From assembly GCA_024626585.2 (NCBI GenBank), contig JANKJI020000002.1:162906048-162938728 (forward strand): a DNA stretch of 32,681 nt, given 5' to 3'. Made by a program: the position numbers and the translations under genes. A model generated the notes under the pieces. The model did not search any database. It saw nothing but the letters and a program-made list of their open reading frames with translations, and was not told the DNA's origin. Each line of letters starts with the position of its first letter. Positions within the stretch are counted from its first letter, which is position 1. This DNA comes from Ginkgo biloba. Taxonomy: Eukaryota > Plantae > Ginkgophyta. Below are positions 11,119 to 22,400 of the stretch, one piece after another.

Positions 11119-13230
11119 AACTCTCTTAGATGAACCCCTTCTCCATCAATTACTGTACTTGTTAGTTTATCTCTTCATTCTTTAGTGGACTCAACTATTT
11201 GCATCTTGGTTCGACATACTAGATTATGGAACCAAGTTGATATGGTGTGTGATGCCTTTGCCTAGAGCTATCCCTGCCAGTAACTCCTCTAGCATGATAT
11301 CATTGAANNNNNNNNNNNNNNNNNNNNNNNNNNNNNNNNNNNNNNNNNNNNNNNNNNNNNNNNNNNNNNNNNNNNNNNNNNNNNNNNNNNNNNNNNNNNN
11401 NNNNNNNNNNNNNNNNNNNNNNNNNNNNNNNNNNNNNNNNNNNNNNNNNNNNNNNNNNNNNNNNNNNNNNNNNNNNNNNNNNNNNNNNNNNNNNNNNNNG
11501 GTGTATGTGTTCTTTATCCTATTGTGTACTATTTGTCGATCATACTGCCACAATCTTCCCAATAATAAATGGCATGCATCCATCAGCATGATGTCACACC
11601 ATACTTCATCTTTAGACTTCTCGATATGAAATACTACTAGGCACCTTTCCTTGATGGTGATCTCGCCTCCTTTCTTAAACCACAAAATTTGATATGGTAC
11701 ATTATGCTTCTATTAGTACAATCCTAATTTTAGACCATCTCTTCCGACACCATATTTTCACAATTACCTCCATTGATGATCACTTCACAGCGTTTTCCTC
11801 CAGATGTGCATTTCATCCTAAAGATTCTCTTCCTCTACTCCAAGTCATTTGTCAATCTCAAGTCTTTGTCGATGACACTCTATTTTCCATTCATTGGTCT
11901 CTTCTCTTCACTTATCGACATCCTCCCTTATTGATTGGTTGGTTTACTTCCCTCATTTACTAACAACCTTTGATCCCTAGTTGAATGGATTTTTTCTTTG
12001 GCCTTTAGTCTTTTGTTGGTTACTGATGTTCTTGCATTTGGTGTCAATAATACTTTGTTTTCCATTAGGTTCTCTAATTTCTCTATCATTGTATGCTCTG
12101 CCATCACTTCATCATGTGCTAAATCTGTCCTTCAATCCTCTTGCCTTGCTTTGTCATCAACTCTTATCAAGCATTCAAATGCTCTATGGCCTTCCTCGCC
12201 ACATTTAAAATAAATTTTTGATCTCCTTGGTGCATAAAATACCTTGACAAATCCTCTTCCTCATGGAAAAAAAACTCATCCTAATCTCTCATTCATCGAG
12301 TGGTGACTTCTCTCCTTGGCCTCGATGATATGTCTTGTTGGTTCTCAACTACTCTATCACTCTTGGAACTACTCTCTCCACTCCACATTATGGAACCATC
12401 TCTCCACCTTTTAATTGGGGACTCTTCTCATCTTGCGATTAGTCTCTTCCTCATGTTCTTGGTTAATTTCTCCTCTACCTTTAGTGTTAATTGATATTCT
12501 TCTTCCATTGACTTCATCTAATTCATGGTGATCTCATCATGAATAAGATTAATCCATTCATCTACCTCATTATTAGTTTCTCTTCTCCTTTATTGAGTTT
12601 GTTTTGGATGGATAGTTTATAAAACTTGTCAGTGTACCCTTGTGCATTTCTACCTCTTTGTCTTAAGTTCTATAATTACCAAAACAACCTTTGCCCATAA
12701 TCTGTTGGTGAGAATTTCCCTTTGAATTTTTCCACCATTTTATTCCATGTTCTATTTTTCTCCTTACTCCTTCTTATCCTCTCCTTTTGTAGATGTTCCC
12801 ACCACAGATCTATGNNNNNNNNNNNNNNNNNNNNNNNNNNNNNNNNNNNNNNNNNNNNNNNNNNNNNTCTTCCCATTCAAAATACTTCTCTAGGGTACCT
12901 ATCTAATCCAAGAAATCTTCTAGTTTTAAACTTCCCTCGAAACTCAGGACTTCCATCTTAGATCCACCTCTATGGTTCTTCAATAATACTACTAACAATG
13001 CAACCAAGTCTTTTAGCCTTGGTTCTACTTGCTCTTATACCTCTACCTCAGGCTCTAATTCACCTCCCCTTTTTGGCACTTGTCTTCGTNNNNNNNNNNN
13101 NNNNNNNNNNNNNNNNNNNNNNNNNNNNTCAATACGTCTTCTCAAAGCTTTGATTTCTTTATCGACTATGGATCCTCCTCTTCTACCTCCATTTTCTACT
13201 CTTAGTGGCATCTTCTTGCCCACTCATAGT
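11119..13230 (-). pseudogene. gag-protease-RT(N-term) remnant of element A
   Basis: ORF fragments 13035-13223, 12676-12876 and 11224-11685 resemble Ty3/gypsy gag, aspartic protease and the RT start (HHINLVP). Confidence 0.85.
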
Positions 13231-13348
13231 AAACCTAACTTTAGGATTTTTCTCCTCATAATTTTCCTCATTATGACATCCACACTCTTCCACACCCTTC
13301 CATGGTGTACTTCTTAAACAAGCCTTCAACCTCAACTTTGATACCGAC

Positions 13349-13636
13349 TGAAGCATATGGGTGAGCATGCTGCATCCCTTGACCAACCAACCCACATGAT
13401 TTAATCAGATAGGGTTAAATAATACAATAGGAATAGGGGAGTATTCACACATAATACCAGACACCTCTAAACCTCAGCTTTACAAACTAAGATAGGGTGC
13501 ATAGCAACATAAACACATTTATCTATTCGAATATAAAATCATTTTCATTAAAGGTTCCCCAAAGATTAATAAATACATCAAAGTGATACAACCTCCTTAG
13601 AGGAAAATTTTAAATATGCACATAATTTCTCTTCAG
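13349..13636 (-). repeat. 5' LTR of element A (truncated by N gap)
   Basis: Homologous to 6980-7267, with an adjacent Met-tRNA-type PBS remnant at ~13334-13346. Confidence 0.78.
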
Positions 13637-13736
13637 NNNNNNNNNNNNNNNNNNNNNNNNNNNNNNNNNNNNNNNNNNNNNNNNNNNNNNNNNNNNNNNN
13701 NNNNNNNNNNNNNNNNNNNNNNNNNNNNNNNNNNNN

Positions 13737-16113
13737 GTGAGGCATGATTGAGGGGTGACATTAGACTCACCCAGGTAGTTTACAGCTATGGAGGTAAAGG
13801 TATTGAGGTAGATTCACCATGGTGATCAAGTATTAGAGACCCCGAACAGACCGTCGAGTGAGGCAGTTCACGAATGTATGCGTAGTGGTTGTCATGTGTA
13901 AATCCCACCTAAAGTGTGGATGTAATACCTATGTGGTCGTGTTGTAAGTCATGAGNNNNNNNNNNNNNNNNNNNNNNNNNNNNNNNNNNNNNNNNNNNNN
14001 NNNNNNNNNNNNNNNNNNNNNNNNNNNNNNNNNNNNNNNNNNNNNNNNNNNNNNNNNNNNTACCTAGAGTTTTATTCCCCACGAGGGTTTCTCCAATTAA
14101 AACATCGTGTGCCCTAAATCTGTGATTTTATTTTTGTTTGATTCATATATATCTTTTTTATTTGTGGTCAATCGTTTAAGTGAGTGGCCCAGAAGGGAGT
14201 TATGCGATATAATATACTTCCTATGGCTTGGACGAGTGAAGCCCTAGTGTAATCCAAAGTGAGCTACGATGAGAGTTCCCTATATGTTGCCAAGAGATCC
14301 TGGAAGGTAGGGTGTATCTTTGAGGCTGGGGAGTCTCCTGGTGTTGGTGTTGACCAACACAACTCTGACCCCCCCACTACTGTCAATGGTATTAGAGCCC
14401 AGTTACAAAGTATTGTAACAAGTTTTTAGAGTACATCAGTAACATTTAATATCTCAATAGCACCTCAGGTGGACAAGACATTGGTGAACTTTTTGGAAAG
14501 TTTGGTGTAGAAGGTGAATGGCCTAGAAGAAGCCTTGAGGAGTCAGTGAACAATATTGGAGGCTAAAAAGGTGGTTGAGCCAAGGGCCAATGAATAAGAA
14601 GCTGGACCCTTTAGACAGAGTGTGGAAGAAGTGGTCATTTAGACATTAGGTAGTTTAAGGGGAAAAGCTAAAGTAGAAGCACCTTACTTTGGAGGCAGTT
14701 TAGATTTGGAAGATCTATTGGATTGGATTGGTGACATGGAGAAGTATTTTGAGTGGGAAGAAATTGAAAATCCTTGTCGGGTGAGATTTGCTTGCACACA
14801 ATTGAAAGGGCATGCTGCTAGATGGTGGGAGCACTTGTAGAAGGATTGAGTATAGAAGAAGAAAGAGAAGGTGGTGACTTGGTAAAAGATGGTTAGCAGA
14901 TTGAAAGGAAAGTTTCTACCGTCAAACTATGGTCAGTGTTTGTTTAGAGAATTTTAGAACTTGAAGAAGAAAGAGAAGATAGTGATGGAGTATATAGATG
15001 ACTTTTTTAAACTATCAATCTAGAGTGGTTAAGAGGAAGACAAACAATAGTCGGTAGCTAGGTATGTCAATGGTTTAAACTATACCATCCAAGATGAATT
15101 AGTGATGCAACATGTGGAGAGTGTAGACCAGGCATATCAGTTAGCTTTAAGAGTGGAAGATAAGCTAGCTTAGTAGTCAAGGGAAAGACCTCATGTCAGA
15201 AGTAGTCATGCCTGGAGATGGAAGCAGTGAAGGGGCATCAGACTTTGGCAAGTTGAGAAATAGAGTGTGGCGACAGAGCTGCATAGACAGTATGTAGAAA
15301 GTTACCATCTGACCCGTGGAGGAGGAAGTCATTATTCAGTCAGAGGCTGAGGTCAGTTTCCACGTAATTATCAAGAAAGCACCGACGGAGTACAATACAC
15401 CTTTAAGCATCCAGTGAAGTGTTATAGCTATGGCGAGGATGGAAATATATCTTTTGATTATCTTATGAAGAGGAATGGTGAGGTAGGGCTGGAAGCTTGA
15501 CGCACATAGTTAGCTAGGCCAGAATCAGACCTAGTGACATCAGTCATTGACAAGGCCAAAATAGTGCCAAAGAAAGTTGTGTTGTTGTCATTCGATAAGA
15601 AGGGAGAATCTAATGAACGTCGACAGAGGAAGGGAAAGTGGAAAGTGAAGTCAATGGATAACCATCATCCTTCGACAAGAAAAGGAGACAACAGTCAGTA
15701 TAATTTACACACAAAAATTGACGATGGCCAGCAGAAGAAAATTTTTATAGCTAAGTGCTTATCAAGGAAGGAAAGCATCAGTGTGATCGTGGATGGAGGC
15801 ATCTGTGAGAACATGGTGTCGGATGAATTGTTCATGAAGGCAGGGTTGCAAAAGTATCAGTTGAAGACACCTTACAGTATTTCCTAGTTTAAGAAAGGGG
15901 GAGAGATCACAGTCAGAAATAGATGTTTGGTACCTATTTAGCTGAGTGGCTATAAAGATGAAATATGGTATGATGTTGTTCCTATGGATGCATGTCATAT
16001 TCTGTTAGGAAGGTCATGGCAGTTTGACCGACAAGCTATTCACGATGGCAGATAGAACACGTACACTATTGTGAAAGGTGGATGATGACATATTTTCTGG
16101 CCGATGGACATGG
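13737..16113 (+). mobile_element. Degenerate Ty3/gypsy element B (CRM-like): LTR end, PBS, gag and protease; rest lost in gap
   Basis: LTR ends TGTCA at 14385 and PBS TGGTATTAGAGCC follows at 14387-14399. gag reads LLDWIGDMEKYFEW and LKGHAARWWEHL, with a decayed Zn knuckle near 15418. Protease reads VIVDGGICENMVS and PMDACHILLGRSWQFDR. Confidence 0.88.
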
Positions 16114-18019
16114 NNNNNNNNNNNNNNNNNNNNNNNNNNNNNNNNNNNNNNNNNNNNNNNNNNNNNNNNNNNNNNNNNNNNNNNNNNNNNNNNNNNNNNN
16201 NNNNNNNNNNNNNGTCGATAGACTTGGTGCCTCAACAATGGAAATCTCCAACTAACTTGTCAGCTCAATATTTTTAATCTCATTGAAGCACTTGGTAGAT
16301 CAATAATGGGAATCTCTGACTTACTCATTGGTGATAAAACCTATCATGAGCCTCTAATAAATTAATCTCACAAATTCATCAACATGGTACAAATAACAAC
16401 AAGAGTGCATAACACTACATTGGTTATATTNNNNNNNNNNCTTGTCTTATCAACCTACCTACACTATTACATTTAAAATACAAAGCCACTAATTCATCCT
16501 TGATAATAGAGGTCTTATAATGAACTCTTGGTTCTAACATATAAAGGTTTATCAAGGCTTGACGCGGTGCATTTTCTCATATTATCATTTTTTTTTAAGG
16601 AGTGGCTAATCACTCCAACTATTCAACACCTTCCTAAGATTCCTTGTCCATTGGTCCTTTCCTTGGCCTACTCTTTACTCTTCAATGATCTATGCCCAAA
16701 TGTGCTTACTCAACTTAAAGCTTTATTGGTCACTTGCCTTCAAATCCATCGATGGGGTCATAACACAAAATTAGTGCCAAATTTTGAACCTTTATAGACT
16801 CCTCAATGCCTTCCCCTTCGATTGCCTCCCTTAACATTCTATCAATATTCCTCCCTCGGTTCTCCTCCACATCCAACTTGATGGAATCATTGCTCCTTCA
16901 CACCCACTGAATTGACCAAACCAAATCAAATTAAACCCCTTATAAAAAAACCTTATATTCTTTCATTCAGATTATTTTGGGCACCAATGCTTCCCTCCAA
17001 TGAGGTTCATTACAATTGCAATAACTCCTACCATTAACATGCCTTCAATGACCATCTCTTGCTAAGGTGTATCCCTTACTGCTCTAGTGTAGCCTAGTGG
17101 TTATGCCATTAAGTCCACCTGAGTATCCACCTCAAGCCCAAAATTTCTCCTACTCTTGGATTATTTCATTATCAAGTGTGCAATTACCTACCACCATTGA
17201 TGTCCAAGTGTAATAATATTTCTTCAATGGATATGTATTCATCCACTGGCTTCCATCAATTTTTTTATCAGTTCTTCAAAATGACCATGTTGGTCGCTTG
17301 ACATGCTTGCCAACTTTTCCTTCATTGTCTACTTCGATGATGTCAATTTTCCTTCTATTGGTGGTCATGTCTTGACTGCATCCTTATTTATCCTTTGATG
17401 AGTATCATTATTGGACATCTTCCCACCTATTATCACTAGGCTTCCTTTTGATGATATCATACAACTATTTGAGTTTTCCATTCATAACTTATCCTTGTCG
17501 TTGGACTTTCTCTTTAATAATGTTGGACAACAATGCTCTCCACTGCCTACCTTCACCACCTTTCCTCCCAACTTCCTCTTTTAATGCTATCAATTTCCTT
17601 CTTGTCCTCATGATGCTTCTTCCATATTCTGTCCTCGTTAGACTACACCTTCCTCGACACATCCTACAACATNNNNNNNNNNGGTGCTTTCTGTCATTGT
17701 TTATCACTCATTATCCATCAATGACAATCAACATTCTTCTTTCTTTCCCTTATCTAAGTTTTTCATTGCTTCAAAGTCATCTACTTTTATATAAAATTAT
17801 GCTCCTTCATTATTGTCGGCCATTGGTCCTTCCATATTCCCTTCTTTTGATGACTGCCTCATGTTCGATGATCTATAACTACCTTTCTTCTTTGNNNNNN
17901 NNNNNNNNNNNNNNNNNNNNNNNNNNNNNNNNNNNNNNNNNNNNNNNNNNNNNNNNNNNNNNNNNNNNNNNNNNNNNNNNNNNNNNNNNNNNNNGCTCAT
18001 AATCTACAAGATATTTAAT

Positions 18020-19745
18020 TTAAAAGAGGGAGACAACAACAAAGCATTCAAAATATTTGGGTATTCCTATTAAATTCATAGATTTAAAAAATAAGGATTG
18101 GCACTTCATCCTAAAGAATATTTAGAATCACACAAAAAAATGGGCCGACGTTGGTTGACACTAACTAGAAAACTAACTCTAGTCAAATCAATATTAAATG
18201 CAATCCTTGCTTACTAGTGATAAGTTCTAATATCCCCAAAGTTGATTCTAGAATCAATACATAAGATGGTGCGAAGCTTCCTTTAGATAGGCAAAAAAGG
18301 GAACTTGCACAACTATCACTTGGTACAATGGGATATTGTTTGCACCTCTAAACTTCAAGGTCGACTGAGCATCTGTAAAGAAGAACTCCTAAACAAAGCA
18401 TTAAGTGCCATAGTAGCTTGATGAGTTTCCCAAGAGTAGAAAGCCCTTTAGTCTATCACCTTAAGAAAAAAATATTGTAATGGAATCATCCATTTGGACT
18501 TTCTTTCTCAAAACTTCCTAACTTTGAAAGGGACTCGGATATGGGAAAATATTACATAAGGTCTCCTAATCATCCAAAATAATGCAACTTGGCTTATAAG
18601 GGAAAGAAAGCATCATATCTTTAAATCCTCCATCACATGACACACCCCAATAATAGACAACTCATATGTTGATTAAGTCATTCCCACTCTTCAAGCAATT
18701 AATTTCAAGATAGTTAGTGAATTATTCACTCTTGGACAAAATCCAGGTGACTAGACAACCTATACTTTCAACCAAAACATCAGAGAATGAATTTCTTCTA
18801 ATCTTCATCTAATCCTTGACAATCTCAAATATGTCATAGAGGAGAGACAGATATATGTCTATAAAGGGTGCTATATTTAGGTATAATGTGAGGATAATAA
18901 ACTAGTTCCTTTCTCTATTTAGAGATATTATACCTCTCTAAATAAGACAACACATCAAGGTGCAAACCTTGAGGAGAAATGATGCAATTAAATCTAGAAT
19001 TCCCCACTGATACCCAAATTCAAGGTATTCTTATGGTGAGTTTCTCACCAGGAAATCCTCATTCAAGATAACTTGAAAGAAAGAGGGATATATGGTCCCT
19101 ATATATGCTACTTATGCAACGTAGAGGAGGAAATAATAGAACATTTTTTTATCTCATGATATATAGCTAAAGAAATCTGGATAAACTTTTTTACTCAGTT
19201 CAATTAAACTACTTTGCTCCTTCCTTAGTTAAATAAATATTTTATTATCAAAGGAATATCTCAAAGGAAAACACTTTATCATGAGTATCTATGGGGGTAC
19301 ACACCTCTGTGCACTTTGAGACATATGTGGATAGCCATAATTGAAAATTGTTTTAGAAATTCACAGGTAAACACTAACTCCTTATGGAGATGCATAATTA
19401 AAAGCATGAAGGAACAAATAATATCTCGGGTACCAGATTCTCTAACATCTTAGGATACATTAGAGCCTTCACTCATGACAATTCTAAATTCCTTTGACCT
19501 CAAGCTAAGTATCTAAAATCCAAAAGAAATAAATCCCCCTATTACACAGGAAGTAAATTACTAGGTGTTGTTGTTCTTCGATGGAGTAGCCAAAAGTAAC
19601 TTAGAAAAGGTAGGATATGGAGGCATCATTATTCATGTACAATAATAATGGAAACTAAAATATGCAATGGGACTAGGAACAACATCAAACAACTATGCAT
19701 AATTTAGAACCCTGATTGTAGGAATTAGATTAGCTCTAGAAAATA
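18020..19745 (+). mobile_element. L1-type LINE ORF2 3' remnant (post-RT region, zf-RVT, RNase H)
   Basis: KYLGIP, LVKSILNAI, HLVQWDIVC, ICYLCNVEEEIIEH and FFDGVAKSN...GLGTTSNNYA motifs, with stops and frameshifts. Confidence 0.85.
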
Positions 19746-20320
19746 AGTCTTCCAATCATTCGGCCTTCTACCTGGCATTTTTCTCATCTATCAGTCTTCT
19801 TACCAAACTGCTAGCCCGTAGCCTTCCCGTCTTCCCTCTTGATGCCAAACAAACTCCAAGGCCTTCGTATGACTGACCTCCAACACATGCGTTAGCGATC
19901 CACCAACCTGTTTCTATTTGATTTTCCTACCCAATTTTAGTCCATTCGTGTATCATTCAGTTCACACTTTCCCTCTCACCCTGGAGTTGGGTTTGGGTCT
20001 GCTTCTCCTAGATGAATTGCCTCAAGATTCTAGTTTAATGACATATTAGAGGATCCAACTCTCACCTCTATCATCTGAATAACTAAAAATTTGTTTCACC
20101 GTAATTGATGATTTGCTTCTTGTCACTAAAGCTGCCCACTACACTACAGTCAAAGATACACATAAATTGAACTCCTCCATAACATACTTCTTTGCTTATC
20201 GAGGACTCGACAGAACTCCCATCCCAAGATGGAAGTAGGATATCCTTCCTTATAACTATAAGGACCACTTCACATTCTCCTATATCTACAGCTAGAATAA
20301 ATTAATTATGGCACCATAAA

Positions 20321-20356
20321 ATTTCTTAAAGTACCTTTTGAGGTACTTTAAGAAAT
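20321..20356. repeat. Perfect 16-bp inverted repeat with 4-nt loop
   Basis: atttcttaaagtacct-tttg-aggtactttaagaaat. Confidence 0.9.
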
Positions 20357-20869
20357 AACGTAAAACTGTGTGAATTACTNNNNNNNNNNNNNNNNNNNNN
20401 NNNNNNNNNNNNNNNNNNNNNNNNNNNNNNNNNNNNNNNNNNNNNNNNNNNNNNNNNNNNNNNNNNNNNNAGTTAGAAGTCGCCCTAAGTGTAATAGGAT
20501 TAGATGTGAATGTCTAGTTAGAGCAAGTAGAAGACAAATTGTTAATAGAAGAATTGTGGTAATCTGCTATTGTGTTGACTGCAATCTCATATTGTCGTAG
20601 GAAGCCTGTAAGTTTCTTCAATTAAGTATGAGAAATTAAAGATTTAGGAATTCAGTAGAATTTCAAGAAAACGCTGTGAGGACAACAAAATTCAAAAAGT
20701 GTTGAAGGATTTCTTANNNNNNNNNNNNNNNNNNNNNNNNNNNNNNNNNNNNNNNNNNNNNNNNNNNNNNNNNNNNNNNNNNNNNNNNNNNNNNNNNNNN
20801 NNNNNNNNNNNNNNNNTAAATTAATATGAAAGTATAAATATTATAGATACTTAACTACACCAAACCTAT

Positions 20870-21152
20870 ATTTAACTATGGTTAGTATAATACATAATCA
20901 TAATTAGGTCAATATTTAACCATGGTTAGATAAACACTTGACCATGGTTGGATCCATCTAATTAAACCTATGCATTGCTATGGTTAGTTCAATACTTAAC
21001 TATGGTTAGGATAGCACTTAAACATGGTTACGTTAGCAATAAATAGTATTCATTTGACTATTTATCTAAACCTTTTATAAAAATACGAAAAGCATCTAAT
21101 TGATCATATCTTTATATAGTTATGTTTGTTGAATTCTTGACTATGGTTAATT
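20870..21152. repeat. Degenerate short repeat array with palindromic core (T)AACCATGGTTA
   Basis: About 7 copies of (A)AC(C/T)ATGGTT(A/G), mostly at ~22 or ~42 bp spacing. Confidence 0.7.
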
Positions 21153-21439
21153 TAATACTCAATTACGACTGACTCAATAATATGTGTATAATCTATATTA
21201 TGATCAAGATGGGAGACCTTAGCGATGAATGATCTGAGCTACATTGCTTACTATCTACCTATAGCCATGGTGCCCTTTATAGAGGGGGAGGCTGAATCTC
21301 TCTCTAACCCATTTAAGGGTCTCATCCCTTCATAAACAATCCATAAAATTTCTAGAATGTTTAGGAAGTTTGAAGCTCAAAATGACCCTTAAGAATTCAA
21401 CTTTTGTAAAGAAGTGAACATATAACCCTAGATGAAATA

Positions 21440-22021
21440 TTTTAATGGAAAATATTAGTAGCAAACTTATTTGTCTAAAAATGAGGGCCTTAAGAAGATG
21501 TTTCTATGGTTTGTGGTCAAACCCTATTAGCTTGAAGGTGTGGGTGGAATCCTCCAAGGAACCACTGGTAAAGAACCCAATTGAAGTCATCAAAGTTGGT
21601 CGGGGTTACTTCATCACCATTTTCAACTCTACAACAAAAATATAACTTATTTTTTACTAAGTCCTATATTTTATGGGATGAAGTAGTCTTTATCTAGTTC
21701 ATTTGCACCCAAACTTCAACCCTTTAATGGAGAAGCCATTTGTAGTACTTGTGTGGGTATGTTCACCTTTACTACCTTTGTATTTATAGGATGAATAAAT
21801 CCTTAAAATTATAGGAAATCAACTTGCCTCCTTTGTCAAAGTAGGTGAAAATATGAAGGACACAACAATAGTTGCTCGCATTTGTGTCAAAGTGGATTTG
21901 GTATTGGGATTTCTAGACTCCATTATCTTAGAGATTAGGAGCTTTACCTTGGACAAAAAATTGGATTATGAATTCATCCCATTCAATTGTTTGCAATGCC
22001 ATGAATATAAGCATTTTGCAT
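21440..22021 (+). mobile_element. L1-type LINE ORF1 remnant (DUF4283-like region plus CCHC knuckle)
   Basis: GRGYFITIF, ARICVKVDL and YEFIPFNCLQCHEYKH motifs, typical of plant LINE ORF1. Confidence 0.82.
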
Positions 22022-22121
22022 NNNNNNNNNNNNNNNNNNNNNNNNNNNNNNNNNNNNNNNNNNNNNNNNNNNNNNNNNNNNNNNNNNNNNNNNNNNNNNN
22101 NNNNNNNNNNNNNNNNNNNNN

Positions 22122-22400
22122 GCCCTCTGGTTTTGACTCATTGTTACCTTCTGGTATTTGCCTTTGTAACTCATTCTCAAGCTCTTCGACCCTTCTTAAT
22201 AAGGTCTCAACTACTTGGATAATTTCTCTATCCATTCTGGGAGCCATCTTTGACACTCTCTTTGAGTTCTCTCTGCGAGCTCTAACTCACTCTCCTTGAT
22301 TGATGCTTAGACACCCCACACAACTATGCAATAGATAGTGTTCTCAAACTTCCTTTGCCAATACCATAATGAGAAATTATGATTTGATACCATATGGTGG
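22122..22400 (-). mobile_element. 5' end of another LTR retrotransposon (PBS plus gag N-terminus)
   Basis: PBS TGGTATCAAATC on the minus strand at 22381-22392 next to an LTR-like end. MAPRMDREIIQVVETLLRRVEELENEL resembles the gag starts of elements A and B. Confidence 0.65.

Larger units (their letters stand above)
6980..13636 (-). mobile_element. Degenerate Ty3/gypsy LTR retrotransposon A (CRM/chromovirus-like) with both LTRs
   Basis: Related direct repeats at 6980-~7431 and 13349-13636+gap, a PBS-like GGTATCAAAG just inside the 5' LTR, and gag (LWWEHLQKER...TWNKMVEKFKGKF), protease (MDACHLLLGRLWQYDR) and RT (PKKDKSWQMC, FSKVDMRSGYYQI, YLND) remnants with many stops. Confidence 0.88.

Noticed and set aside
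20870-21152. CRISPR-like repeat/spacer appearance
   Set aside because: Repeats are too short and degenerate, the context is eukaryotic, and no cas genes are present.
18020-22021. A single intact LINE
   Set aside because: The ORF1 remnant lies downstream of ORF2 on the same strand, so these are separate fragments.
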